A stretch of DNA of 64,000 nt. Origin: a bacterium. Its GTDB lineage: Bacteria > Patescibacteriota > Patescibacteriia > JBAXGH01. Position 1 is the stretch's first letter. Every line of letters begins with the position of its first letter. The notes below the pieces were generated by a model that saw only the letters and a program-made list of their open reading frames with translations, did not search any database and was not told the origin of the DNA. A program made the translations under genes and the position numbers. The stretch spans positions 17,727 through 81,726 of the forward strand of contig JBAXGH010000002.1 of NCBI GenBank assembly GCA_037139515.1, in the 5' to 3' direction. Of this stretch, positions 45,960-54,675 are shown piece by piece.

Positions 45960-46260
45960 AAAAAAATTCTTCCGCAGAGAAAGAATGGTTAATAATTATC
46001 TTTCCTCTCGCGAGGTGAGAATTAGCACATTACGCGAGTAAGTCTGTTGCCATTTAAGCTTCTTGACCAAAATGATAGATTTCGAGCAAAGTCGACGGCT
46101 ATAAATATTTTTGTTTAGCCCGAGCTAAGCCAAAATATTTTTGCCTAGAGTTTGCCGAAAGATATCGCTTTGGTCTGGAGATTAAATGGCAACAGACTTA
46201 ACGAACCGCGTACGCTGCCAGCAGGTCATAGGGCTCAATCCCTCGCTGCTTCTTGATATA
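45960..46260 (-). ncRNA. SAM-I (S-box) riboswitch with transcription terminator, interrupted in P3 by an inserted hairpin element
   Basis: ATCAAGA-AGCAG-CGAGGGA-TTGA-GCCC-TATGA-CCTGCT-GGCA...GTGCTAATT-CTCA-CCTC(GCGA)GAGG-AAAGAT; L2 TGAG can pair with CTCA (pseudoknot); terminator ATTCTTTC..GGAAGAAT-T7; directly upstream of metK. Confidence 0.85.
46039..46200. mobile_element. MITE-like hairpin element with 19-bp perfect terminal inverted repeats
   Basis: taagtctgttgccatttaa (46039-46057) / ttaaatggcaacagactta (46182-46200); imperfect complementarity extends through the interior. Confidence 0.75.
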
Positions 46261-46276
46261 TTCAGTTGTCCGAACA

Positions 46277-46936
46277 CTATATCACAGGCTTGCTTCCCTC
46301 TTCAAATTCCGCGCCGTTTCCGGGAATATATTTCGGATGATAGATAAACACATCAAACCAAGCACGATAAAGCGCCGCTATTTCACGCACATACCGCATG
46401 AAATCGCCTTGATAGTCGCGCAGCGAAGCCGAAACGCCGACCGAATCGATGCCTGATTTTTCGCATAACCAAAGCGAACGATAAAGATGATAAGTCTGCG
46501 TCACAATGATAGCCTCATCGACTTTCCAAACCCGCTTCAAACGCAGACAGCTGTCATAAGTGCGGCGCCCGGCATAGTCGCGCAGAATCGCCGACTCCGG
46601 CACGCCGTTTGCGACAAGATATTTCGCCATCGCGACCGGTTCATTATAATCAACCGTACTATTATCGCCGGACACGATAATCTTTTTGATTTTATTATCT
46701 TTGTACAGTTTTACGGCTACATCCAAACGATCAGCGAGCATATCCGAAGGTTCGCCGCTCCGGTTGAGTCCAGCACCAAGTACGAGCGCATATTCGCGAG
46801 CCGAAACCGCACTTTTATCAACTATCCTGTCACGCGAAAAAATCACGATAAAAATCGGTGTAATCAGAAAAGCAACGAATAAACCGGCCGCGACGATTGC
46901 TAAGGCTATAATTTTATTGCTGATTTTTTCAAACAT
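46277..46936 (-). CDS. SanA/YdcF/ElyC (DUF218) family protein
   Basis: ALVLGAG, SGDN, YNEPVAM, DYAGRRTYDSC, VTQTYHLYR, REIAA. Confidence 0.9.
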   Translation of the reverse strand: MFEKISNKIIALAIVAAGLFVAFLITPIFIVIFSRDRIVDKSAVSAREYALVLGAGLNRSGEPSDMLADRLDVAVKLYKDNKIKKIIVSGDNSTVDYNEPVAMAKYLVANGVPESAILRDYAGRRTYDSCLRLKRVWKVDEAIIVTQTYHLYRSLWLCEKSGIDSVGVSASLRDYQGDFMRYVREIAALYRAWFDVFIYHPKYIPGNGAEFEEGSKPVI

Positions 46937-46967
46937 ATAAAAATCATGACATAAAAAGACCGGTCTT

Positions 46968-47483
46968 TCAACCGGTTTCGCGAACCTTACGCATGATGAG
47001 TTCATCCGGACAGAATGACCGCTTCATGACGCGGACGCGCTTGAACCCGCACTTCTCGTAGCAGCGAATCGCCCGAGTATTCAGCGTAAAAACGCCAAGC
47101 TCGAGCTCGAACTCGTCTGGGAACATGCGGAAAAACCAATCGCAGGCCTTCAGGGTAGCGATCGTGCCGACGCCACGTCCCCAGAAATCCTTGTCGTGAA
47201 TCGCGATGTATATTTCGTAACGCCTGTGATGCGGCTTCAACTGGACGACGATGTGCCCAGCGATTTCCCCATCAACCAGAATCACAAAATCATGCATCTT
47301 CGGATTCGTGAGATGCTCCTCGAGCTTCGCAAAAACCTCCTGACTTGTGAGCTGAAATTGCCGCTCGGTTGTGAGCCTCATGATTTCCGGATCATTCCAG
47401 GCCGGAATGAACGCAGAGAAGTCCGCGCGCCGAAGCTTCCGAAGCCTCACTCGGCTCGGTTTTACTCTCTCACCTTTTTCCAT
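46968..47483 (-). CDS. GNAT family N-acetyltransferase (RimJ/RimL-like)
   Basis: FWGRGVGT, NTRAIRCYEKCGF; GGAGGAG SD. Confidence 0.88.
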   Translation of the reverse strand: MEKGERVKPSRVRLRKLRRADFSAFIPAWNDPEIMRLTTERQFQLTSQEVFAKLEEHLTNPKMHDFVILVDGEIAGHIVVQLKPHHRRYEIYIAIHDKDFWGRGVGTIATLKACDWFFRMFPDEFELELGVFTLNTRAIRCYEKCGFKRVRVMKRSFCPDELIMRKVRETG

Positions 47484-47497
47484 ATCTCCTCCGTGGG

Positions 47498-48097
47498 TTA
47501 AAGTACTTCGTGGGAATCGCCGAGGGCGAATACCGCCTGACCGTCAGCGATTGCGATAACAGGATAATCTACCTGTTGCGAGAATTCATCAACCTCGGCC
47601 GCAAGACTTGGCTTGAAATGCGGAAAAACCGCGATGTTGGTGAAACCAAAACCGGTTAAATCTTCAAGCGCGATTTCGTTTTCGTCGCCTTCGGAACCAA
47701 AGCCGGCGAGTTCAATCGACCCGCTCGCGAGAATACTGCCGGCGCTCACGCCGATATACAAAGCTCCAGCTTTCACACGAGCCTGGATTTTTTCAACCCA
47801 ACCATGTTCGCGGAGCGCCGCGAGAATCGAAAAAGTATTTCCGCCGCAAACGAAAATCAGGCCGGCATCATCGAGCGCCGCGGCGCCGTTACCATTCGAG
47901 AGATTCACAATTGCAGTGTTGGTGATCCCCGCTTCCGCTAGCTGGTCTTCAATCAAAGCAAGCCAAGGGATTGACTCCGGCGTCACTCCGGAAGTAACAA
48001 TCGCCGCCCGACAGGTCTTCGGATCCGCGATAGATTTTTTGACCGCAGCAATAAGCGCTGGTTTATCGAGTCCCGATGATGTGAGAAGAAGTTTCAT
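47498..48097 (-). CDS. Peptidase E (S51) family protein
   Basis: MKLLLTSSG, VCGGNTF, YIGVSAGS, FPH. Confidence 0.88.
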   Translation of the reverse strand: MKLLLTSSGLDKPALIAAVKKSIADPKTCRAAIVTSGVTPESIPWLALIEDQLAEAGITNTAIVNLSNGNGAAALDDAGLIFVCGGNTFSILAALREHGWVEKIQARVKAGALYIGVSAGSILASGSIELAGFGSEGDENEIALEDLTGFGFTNIAVFPHFKPSLAAEVDEFSQQVDYPVIAIADGQAVFALGDSHEVL

Positions 48098-48100
48098 AGT

Positions 48101-49393
48101 TTACGGCTCGATACGATTCATAAGTCGCGGGAACGGAATCGTTTCGCGGACATGATGAGTGCCGGTAATCCAGGCGACCGTGCGTTCCAGGCCCAAACCG
48201 AAGCCCGAGTGCGGCACTGAACCATAGCGGCGCAAATCCAAATACCATTTGAAAGCCGAGAGTGGCAAACCGTGACCTTTGATGCGCTCTTCAAGAAGCG
48301 CTAAATCATCGATGCGCTGCGAGCCACCGGCGATTTCACCATACCCTTCCGGCGCCAGCATATCCGAATTCAAACAGAATCCAGGATCGTTCGCGTCCGG
48401 CTTCATGTAAAAAGCTTTGACTTCAATCGGATAGTGATGCACGAAAATCGGACGGTCGTACAAATTCGTGAGAATCGTTTCATCATCGGCACCAAAATCG
48501 TCGCCCATTTTCATGTCGCTTCCAAGCTCGCGAACTTTTGCAACGGCATCGCGATAATGAACCCGCGGGAAATTTCCTTCCACGGTTTTTTCGAGCTTCG
48601 TGATATCGCGACCGAGTAATTTTAAATCCTCAAGCGAAGCGCCGAGAACATGCTTCACGACCGAAACCATCATATCTTCCTGAAGCTGCATGTCGCCGCT
48701 CAAATCCATGTAGCTAGCTTCAGCTTCAAGCATCCAAAACTCGGTTAAGTGGCGACGAGTTTTTGATTTTTCAGAGCGGAAAGTCGGACCAAAACAATAA
48801 GTTTTGCCGAGAGCCGCCGAAGTTGCTTCCTGATAAAGCTGGCCGGACTGCGAAAGATAAGCTTTGGTATCAAAATAAGTCACTTCGAAAAGCTCGCTGG
48901 TGCCTTCGCAAGCGTTCGGCGTGAAAATCGGCGAATCCTGCAAAATAAACTGGCGCTCATAGAAAAACTTACGCAAAGCAAATTCGATTTCGTTACGAAC
49001 ACGCATCATCGCCGCTTGAGTTTCACTTCGAAGCCAAAGATGGCGCATATCGTGCAAAAACTCCGGACCATGTTCTTTTTTGCCAATCGGATATTCTTCC
49101 GACTTCGACACAAGCGTGATATTTTTTCCCATGACTTCAAAACCCGACGGCGCACGAGGCTCAGCTTTAACCGCGCCTTCAACAATCACCGAAGATTCGA
49201 TGGTGGTATTCTGAATTGCTTCCCAGGTTTTTTCATCGACTTCGGCCTTGGAATAGACAGCCTGAACGCGACCGGAACCGTCGCGAAATTGCACAAAAGC
49301 AATCTTGCCGGACGAGCGGATATTATAAGCCCAGCCCTTCAAAGTAACGGTTTCGCCGACATGTTTTGATAGGTCTTTTACTGATATTTCCAT
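48101..49393 (-). CDS. asnS: Asparagine--tRNA ligase
   Basis: GWAYNIRSSGK, YLSQSGQLY, GPTFRSEKSKTRRHLTEFWM, PHSGFGLGLER. Confidence 0.95.
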   Translation of the reverse strand: MEISVKDLSKHVGETVTLKGWAYNIRSSGKIAFVQFRDGSGRVQAVYSKAEVDEKTWEAIQNTTIESSVIVEGAVKAEPRAPSGFEVMGKNITLVSKSEEYPIGKKEHGPEFLHDMRHLWLRSETQAAMMRVRNEIEFALRKFFYERQFILQDSPIFTPNACEGTSELFEVTYFDTKAYLSQSGQLYQEATSAALGKTYCFGPTFRSEKSKTRRHLTEFWMLEAEASYMDLSGDMQLQEDMMVSVVKHVLGASLEDLKLLGRDITKLEKTVEGNFPRVHYRDAVAKVRELGSDMKMGDDFGADDETILTNLYDRPIFVHHYPIEVKAFYMKPDANDPGFCLNSDMLAPEGYGEIAGGSQRIDDLALLEERIKGHGLPLSAFKWYLDLRRYGSVPHSGFGLGLERTVAWITGTHHVRETIPFPRLMNRIEP

Positions 49394-49458
49394 ATAGTTT
49401 GAGTTGACAAGAACTCTATCAAATATGACTAAAACAAAAAAGACCCCCATCACGAGGG

Positions 49459-50010
49459 TCAGAGAATCCCGAGACACATCGCTTTCCCGATCGCGAAGAC
49501 CGTCTTGCCGTCGTCGATCAGACCGTTCCCGATCATTTCTTTGACTGCGAAGATCGGCAACACCAAGTTTTCAATCATGCCTTCGTCGTGCGGATCAAGC
49601 GTCGGATTCGCGACCGAAGAAAGCCTCCGAGCCACGAATATCTCGCAGAAAAGATCGGAGCGACCATTGCTCGCATACACCCGTCCGAGTTCTTGCCAAT
49701 CTTCCGCCCGTAGCCTCGTCTCCTCCTCCAGTTCGCGCTTCGCAGCGGCGAGCGAATCCTGCCCGTCAGTACCACCCATCGGCAGCTCAATCGTGAACTT
49801 GTTAATTGAGTAGCGATGCTGTTTCACGAGGCACAGGCAGCCATCATCAGTGATAGGGATGATGACGACAGCGTGACTCGAAGACCGCACGATCGAGTAA
49901 ACGCCGTCTTTCCCCGCCGGAGTCATGACCTTGTCGGTCGTGACCTGAAAATATCCGCCAAAATCATGAGTACTGACACGCGAGACCTTAGTCCATGGTT
50001 TAATTCCCAA
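49459..50010 (-). CDS. NUDIX hydrolase (ADP-ribose pyrophosphatase-like)
   Basis: VKQHRY, ELPMGG...AAKRELEEET; TTG start after GGGAGGT. Confidence 0.85.
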   Translation of the reverse strand: MGIKPWTKVSRVSTHDFGGYFQVTTDKVMTPAGKDGVYSIVRSSSHAVVIIPITDDGCLCLVKQHRYSINKFTIELPMGGTDGQDSLAAAKRELEEETRLRAEDWQELGRVYASNGRSDLFCEIFVARRLSSVANPTLDPHDEGMIENLVLPIFAVKEMIGNGLIDDGKTVFAIGKAMCLGIL

Positions 50011-50156
50011 AGAACACCTCCCTGTGGTTGACCCGCAAAACCTTAGCCGAAAATGCTCGGATAAGCAAATATTAAATGAACACCAATTCTGAACCACGCA
50101 GACCTTGACAAGCTAGGTAAAACATGCTAATTTAGCCAAATCCACGAGGAGGAAAG

Positions 50157-50609
50157 ATGATCACGAAAACAAACTTCATTTTCGGAGTTTACGAGCGCCG
50201 ACTTCCAAGTCACGAATTGCCAGAAGAGGTAAAAAAAGAAATCGATCGCCTCGCGTCAACACCACTGATTTGGCCAAAAACAGAGCACATTGGCCCATGC
50301 GGCTGGAAAAAAGACCTGAAGAGCGAATGCCACTATCCACCATGCGATGACGACCGACTAGAGATTCTGCAAAAGACCCATCACTTTCCACACAAAAATC
50401 ATCTCGGCGGAAAAGTTCCGTTTGTCTATCGAATTCAGGACGAAATCACGCGAGATCGAAAAACCGGAGAGATCCTTGAAAGAAGTATCGGCAATGTAAC
50501 GGTGAATTATGCTCCGCATAGCGATACAATGTGCCCAATCTGTGGAGCGGATTACGGAATTGAGAGCGAAAACAAATGGGGATCTTGTTGGCGCTGTTAC
50601 GCAAACTGA
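50157..50609 (+). CDS. Hypothetical Cys/His-rich protein with C-terminal zinc ribbon
   Basis: CPICG...CWRC; TTGACA-17-TAATTT promoter (50105-50133), GAGGAGG SD, terminator. Confidence 0.75.
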   Translation: MITKTNFIFGVYERRLPSHELPEEVKKEIDRLASTPLIWPKTEHIGPCGWKKDLKSECHYPPCDDDRLEILQKTHHFPHKNHLGGKVPFVYRIQDEITRDRKTGEILERSIGNVTVNYAPHSDTMCPICGADYGIESENKWGSCWRCYAN

Positions 50610-50738
50610 AGAGTGTTATATCCGCGAGTCCTAACGGCCTCGCTTTTTAAATTATAATCATCCGTATTCACTTGGTTAACTTTTTTTCACGGATGATATA
50701 ATCAAGCTCAAGCACACTAATAAACTTCAATCCCAAAT

Positions 50739-51779
50739 ATGTCAGTGACTGAACATAGCCATACAGAAATAAATCAAGGCGCTTTAATGGAATCATCAAA
50801 TCTCGAAAAAGAATACTTTGAAAAATCCCGTGAAACTCTTCGCTATGGGATCATGGAATTATCAAGAACTCTAGACGAAATCCTCAACCGAGACCACGAG
50901 CTACCAACCGCGATCATTTTTCCAGAAACAACTTCACGCCCACTTAGGTATGCAATTGAACCAATCATCGAGCACGTCTACCGAAAAGCGGGCCAAGCAA
51001 AGCCAAAGGAATATTTCTTCAAAACTTTCTCCGCGCATCACGAAGATGATGATTTTCGTGAACTTGCAAAAACCACCTCAGCAGAATTCTCTAAATACGA
51101 AGCCGAGCGCAACAAGTTAGAGGCTATTAGAAAACAAGAGCTCAAGCGCGTGAGCTCGTTGAACCTAGACAAAAATGCAAGCAAACGCCACAGCGACAAT
51201 CTTCAGGATCTTCAAGAAAGCATAAATGTTTTGACGACCAAAATCGGTAAAATGCGAAACGAATGGAGTGAGTTAGAAAAAATTGGCGCTACAGGCAAGA
51301 TACATAACGAACGCATGAAGGAAATACTACAGCGCACCAAGACAGGTTCGCTACTTATTGTTGACGACGTTTTTATCAGAGGAAGAACGTTTAATACTAT
51401 TCGATCTAGCTTAATCGATAATGCCGCGGAAAAACGAGCAAATTATTTTGCCTTTCTTGGCACCGCACATACTTTTGACGAATCATATTTATCGCCAGAT
51501 CAGCTTTCGATAGGAGTTTTACTTGGCGAACCAAAGCACCACATGGATCGAGTCGGCAAAAAGATTCCCTGGAAAGATTATTCGGAAGCATGGTTAATGA
51601 TGCAGAACCTAGGTTTTCCATTTCGTTATAACAAAGAAGCCTCAACCGGCGTCATTAAGAATCAAGCTTCAACCTCGCGATATGTTGAAATTTCCAAGGA
51701 AGCTGATCCAAAAAAAATGCGTGAAGTACGCGAACAATACCGAAAATTAGGCGAAACGGCAGCCGCGAAACTCAAATAA
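50739..51779 (+). CDS. Phosphoribosyltransferase-like protein with coiled-coil insertion
   Basis: IIFPETTSRP and LLIVDDVFIRGRT (PRPP-binding-loop-like). Confidence 0.6.
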   Translation: MSVTEHSHTEINQGALMESSNLEKEYFEKSRETLRYGIMELSRTLDEILNRDHELPTAIIFPETTSRPLRYAIEPIIEHVYRKAGQAKPKEYFFKTFSAHHEDDDFRELAKTTSAEFSKYEAERNKLEAIRKQELKRVSSLNLDKNASKRHSDNLQDLQESINVLTTKIGKMRNEWSELEKIGATGKIHNERMKEILQRTKTGSLLIVDDVFIRGRTFNTIRSSLIDNAAEKRANYFAFLGTAHTFDESYLSPDQLSIGVLLGEPKHHMDRVGKKIPWKDYSEAWLMMQNLGFPFRYNKEASTGVIKNQASTSRYVEISKEADPKKMREVREQYRKLGETAAAKLK

Positions 51780-52479
51780 AAATACTCGGGTAGGCAATCT
51801 CCAATCGAAATTGAAAATGCTCCGCAAGTGCATGAGAAAACTCCGCGAGTTCGCGCCCATTCCAGTTTCCTGTATACGGTTTGCCTAAAAATCCGCGCAA
51901 CGAATCGCTCGCCGACGTGCCGCGGCTCTTAGCACAGGTTTCGCAGAAAAAAGTTCCGGCCATCGGTACAAATCTCGCCGTACCGGTGAAATTTTTGTGA
52001 CAGGCACTGCATTTTTCAAGTGAGCCGTTATAGCCAAGCTCACCGAGCAGTGACCAATAAAAATGAATCTCGCGCGCAAACAAAGCCGTCGTCGTATCTG
52101 ATTGATGCGCCGCAATATCAAATAATAATTTCTTGAGCATTTCAAAAATCTCGCCCTCACCTTCTTCCTCGCGCATAATCCGGGCGATGGTTTTTCGCGC
52201 CGCATCCGCAAGCAGTCGCGCTTCAAGAGTCGCGATCCGCAAAGGTTCGACCATCTCGGCCGAAGCCAAAATATAACCGGCGCGCCCGCGAACCAGCATG
52301 ATATCGACGACGCCGAACCCCTCAACGTGAGGTCGAACTTTAGCCTTAGGCTTAGATGCCCCGCGAGCCCGAGCGCGTATCAGGCCATGTTCCAAAGTAA
52401 GCAAAGTATACAAACGATCGTGCTCCTCATAAGGAACACGATCAAGGACAATGGCAGTAACGCGTTCTGTCTGCGCCAT
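51772..52479 (-). CDS. recO: DNA repair protein RecO
   Basis: YEEHDRLYTLLT..G.IRARARGA, CSAC...CETC zinc finger. Confidence 0.9.
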   Translation of the reverse strand: MAQTERVTAIVLDRVPYEEHDRLYTLLTLEHGLIRARARGASKPKAKVRPHVEGFGVVDIMLVRGRAGYILASAEMVEPLRIATLEARLLADAARKTIARIMREEEGEGEIFEMLKKLLFDIAAHQSDTTTALFAREIHFYWSLLGELGYNGSLEKCSACHKNFTGTARFVPMAGTFFCETCAKSRGTSASDSLRGFLGKPYTGNWNGRELAEFSHALAEHFQFRLEIAYPSIFI

Positions 52480-52525
52480 GTGTGTGTTTTTTCTTTTTCC
52501 CTCTCAACCGGAAGCGCCGAAAAAG

Positions 52526-52611
52526 TAGTACAGCTTCTGAATGAATCACTTGCCGCCGGGCTATGCGCCCCCCTCTAGCCCGCCGGCAAGTGATTCTTCG
52601 AAGCTGTGCTA
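52526..52611. repeat. Long imperfect hairpin (MITE/REP-like) between ruvX and recO
   Basis: tagtacagcttc..gaatcacttgccg..cgggcta / tagcccg..cggcaagtgattc..gaagctgtgcta. Confidence 0.7.
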
Positions 52612-52622
52612 TGTGCCCATCC

Positions 52623-53045
52623 CTATGCTTCCGCCTCTTCCCCTTCTTCATTATCGAATTCGCCATCGCCAGATGAAAAATATTCATCGAGTATCATAGC
52701 TGCCGCAACCGCATCAGTGTCCCCGCCGGAAATGCGCGTCACACCCGCCGCCGCCTTGGTTGTAAGATATTCATCAACCGTTGCGACCGGAACTTCAACC
52801 CGCGATTTCAAATCTTTTACGAATTCTTCCACCTTCTTGGACTGCATGGTTTCCTCGCCGTTCTCGTTCAGTGGCAAACCGACGATTACCTTCGTGATAT
52901 CTTCCATCTCAATCAAATCCAGCAACTCGCCGATCAAATCTTCGCCCGTCGAAGTGAGCGTATCCATCGGAGTTGCGATTTTCGTAACCGTGTCGCCGAG
53001 CGCTAGACCAGTACGTTTCCCGCCGTAATCAATTCCAAGAATCAT
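52623..53045 (-). CDS. ruvX: YqgF/RuvX putative pre-16S rRNA nuclease
   Basis: ILGIDYGGKRTGLA, IVGLP, VDEYLTT, DAVAAAMIL. Confidence 0.92.
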   Translation of the reverse strand: MILGIDYGGKRTGLALGDTVTKIATPMDTLTSTGEDLIGELLDLIEMEDITKVIVGLPLNENGEETMQSKKVEEFVKDLKSRVEVPVATVDEYLTTKAAAGVTRISGGDTDAVAAAMILDEYFSSGDGEFDNEEGEEAEA

Positions 53046-53157
53046 ATGAAAGAAAGAAATTTAGAGCTTCGCGGGAGCTACAAAAAACGTCCCCCTGAAA
53101 CAGTTCGAAAGATAGCAGATTATTAGAAACAAGCAAGCCTGTGGATAGGTCTATACC

Positions 53158-53934
53158 TTATACCACAAAAGGTGTCAAAAGTTCGTATCCGTCGTCCGTG
53201 ACTACGATTGTAACCTCAAAATGCGCAGAAGGCGTGCCGTCGCGAGATACCACCGTCCAGCCATCGTCCAAATGATCGACGCGCGAATCACCGCCCATGA
53301 TAATCATGGGCTCGATGGCAATTGTCATGCCAGTTTCAAGCTTTCCCTTCGCACCCGGTTCATCATAATTCGGAATACTCGGGGCCTCGTGCAAATCATT
53401 TCCAACGCCGTGCCCGACATAATCGCGCACGATTCCGTAACCGAACGGTTTTAGATTTTCCTGAATAGCTTTGCCGATGGCGCGCACCGAAGCTCCGTTT
53501 TTGATTTGAGCTAAACCGACGCGCAGAGCTTCGTAGGTTCGCGACATCAAAAGCTGTTTTTCGCGCGAAACTTTTCCGCATGGAACCGTGACCGCCATGT
53601 CAGTCGCCATGCCTTCAAACCAGGCACCGATATCAAGCCCGACGATATCGCCTTCCTCAAGCACAATTTCGCGATTCCCGGGACCATGAATTACTTCTTC
53701 GTTCACCGAAACACAAACCGTCGACGGAAAACCGGCTTGATGCGCCACTTGGGTATAGTTCAAAAACGAAGGCATAGCGCCGAGCGAGCGCATCTTGGCT
53801 TCCGCTGCCGCATCAACCTCCTTAAGCGTCGCCCCGGGCTTCACAGCGCGAACAGCGGCACGCAAAGACTCGGCGAGGATGGCCCCACCGTGCTTCATGG
53901 CTGTGATTTCTTTCGTGGTTTTGATTTTCCCCAT
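53158..53934 (-). CDS. map: Type I methionine aminopeptidase
   Basis: CVSVNEEVIHG, DIG, GHGVG, HEAP, AIEPM, SAHFE. Confidence 0.95.
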   Translation of the reverse strand: MGKIKTTKEITAMKHGGAILAESLRAAVRAVKPGATLKEVDAAAEAKMRSLGAMPSFLNYTQVAHQAGFPSTVCVSVNEEVIHGPGNREIVLEEGDIVGLDIGAWFEGMATDMAVTVPCGKVSREKQLLMSRTYEALRVGLAQIKNGASVRAIGKAIQENLKPFGYGIVRDYVGHGVGNDLHEAPSIPNYDEPGAKGKLETGMTIAIEPMIIMGGDSRVDHLDDGWTVVSRDGTPSAHFEVTIVVTDDGYELLTPFVV

Positions 53935-53963
53935 AATGTTTTCCTGCGGCCTACGGCCTTTTT

Positions 53964-54629
53964 CTATTCCCGAGCCTTCTCGATTCCGCAGCTCCGTTTA
54001 AGTTCAAGCACGATTGCTTCGTGCACCTCAACGATAGGCTGCTCGCCGTTTACACGAGCCACAATACCCTGTTTCTGGTAATAGTCAATAATCGGTTCAG
54101 TCTCTTTGTGATAGGTCTGTAAACGATCGCGAATCGCATCCGGTTCGTCATCTTTTCGCTTCGTTAAAGCAGCGCCGTCTTTATCACAAATTCCCGCCGT
54201 AGCCGGAGGCAGTGAAACCTCGTTATAATTTTTTCCGCACTTCGAACAAACCAAGCGACGCGAAAGTCGGTTCACCGATTCGATGTCGGAAATATCAATC
54301 GCAACGAGAGCATCAACATGCGCGATTTCATCAAGCGCTTCGGCCTGAATCAGATCGCGCGGATAGCCATCTAAAATAATACCGTCGGCGTGCTCCGGTT
54401 GCTTCAACTGCGCGGCGATAATTGCATTTGTAATATCCTGATTAACTAGCTTCCCGGAATCAACATCAGCGGCAATCTTTTTGCCGAGCTCAGTTCCGGC
54501 TTTGATTTCCGCACGCAAAAGCGAGCCGATGGAAACGCTCGGAATTCCGAAGTGATCGGTCAGATACTCGGCCTGAGTTCCCTTTCCGGCGCCCTGGGGA
54601 CCAAGCAGAACCATGATGATTTGTTTCAT
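53964..54629 (-). CDS. adk: Adenylate kinase
   Basis: GPQGAGKGTQA, ILDGYPR, zinc LID CSKCG...CDKDG. Confidence 0.95.
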   Translation of the reverse strand: MKQIIMVLLGPQGAGKGTQAEYLTDHFGIPSVSIGSLLRAEIKAGTELGKKIAADVDSGKLVNQDITNAIIAAQLKQPEHADGIILDGYPRDLIQAEALDEIAHVDALVAIDISDIESVNRLSRRLVCSKCGKNYNEVSLPPATAGICDKDGAALTKRKDDEPDAIRDRLQTYHKETEPIIDYYQKQGIVARVNGEQPIVEVHEAIVLELKRSCGIEKARE

Positions 54630-54675
54630 ACTTATTTTAGACAAAATAAAAAAGTGACCTGTACTTGTATCACAT

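Noticed and set aside
52442-52687. 81-aa Arg/Lys-rich ORF resembling a small ribosomal protein
   Set aside because: Overlaps both ruvX and recO and runs through the GC-rich hairpin; no ribosomal protein motif
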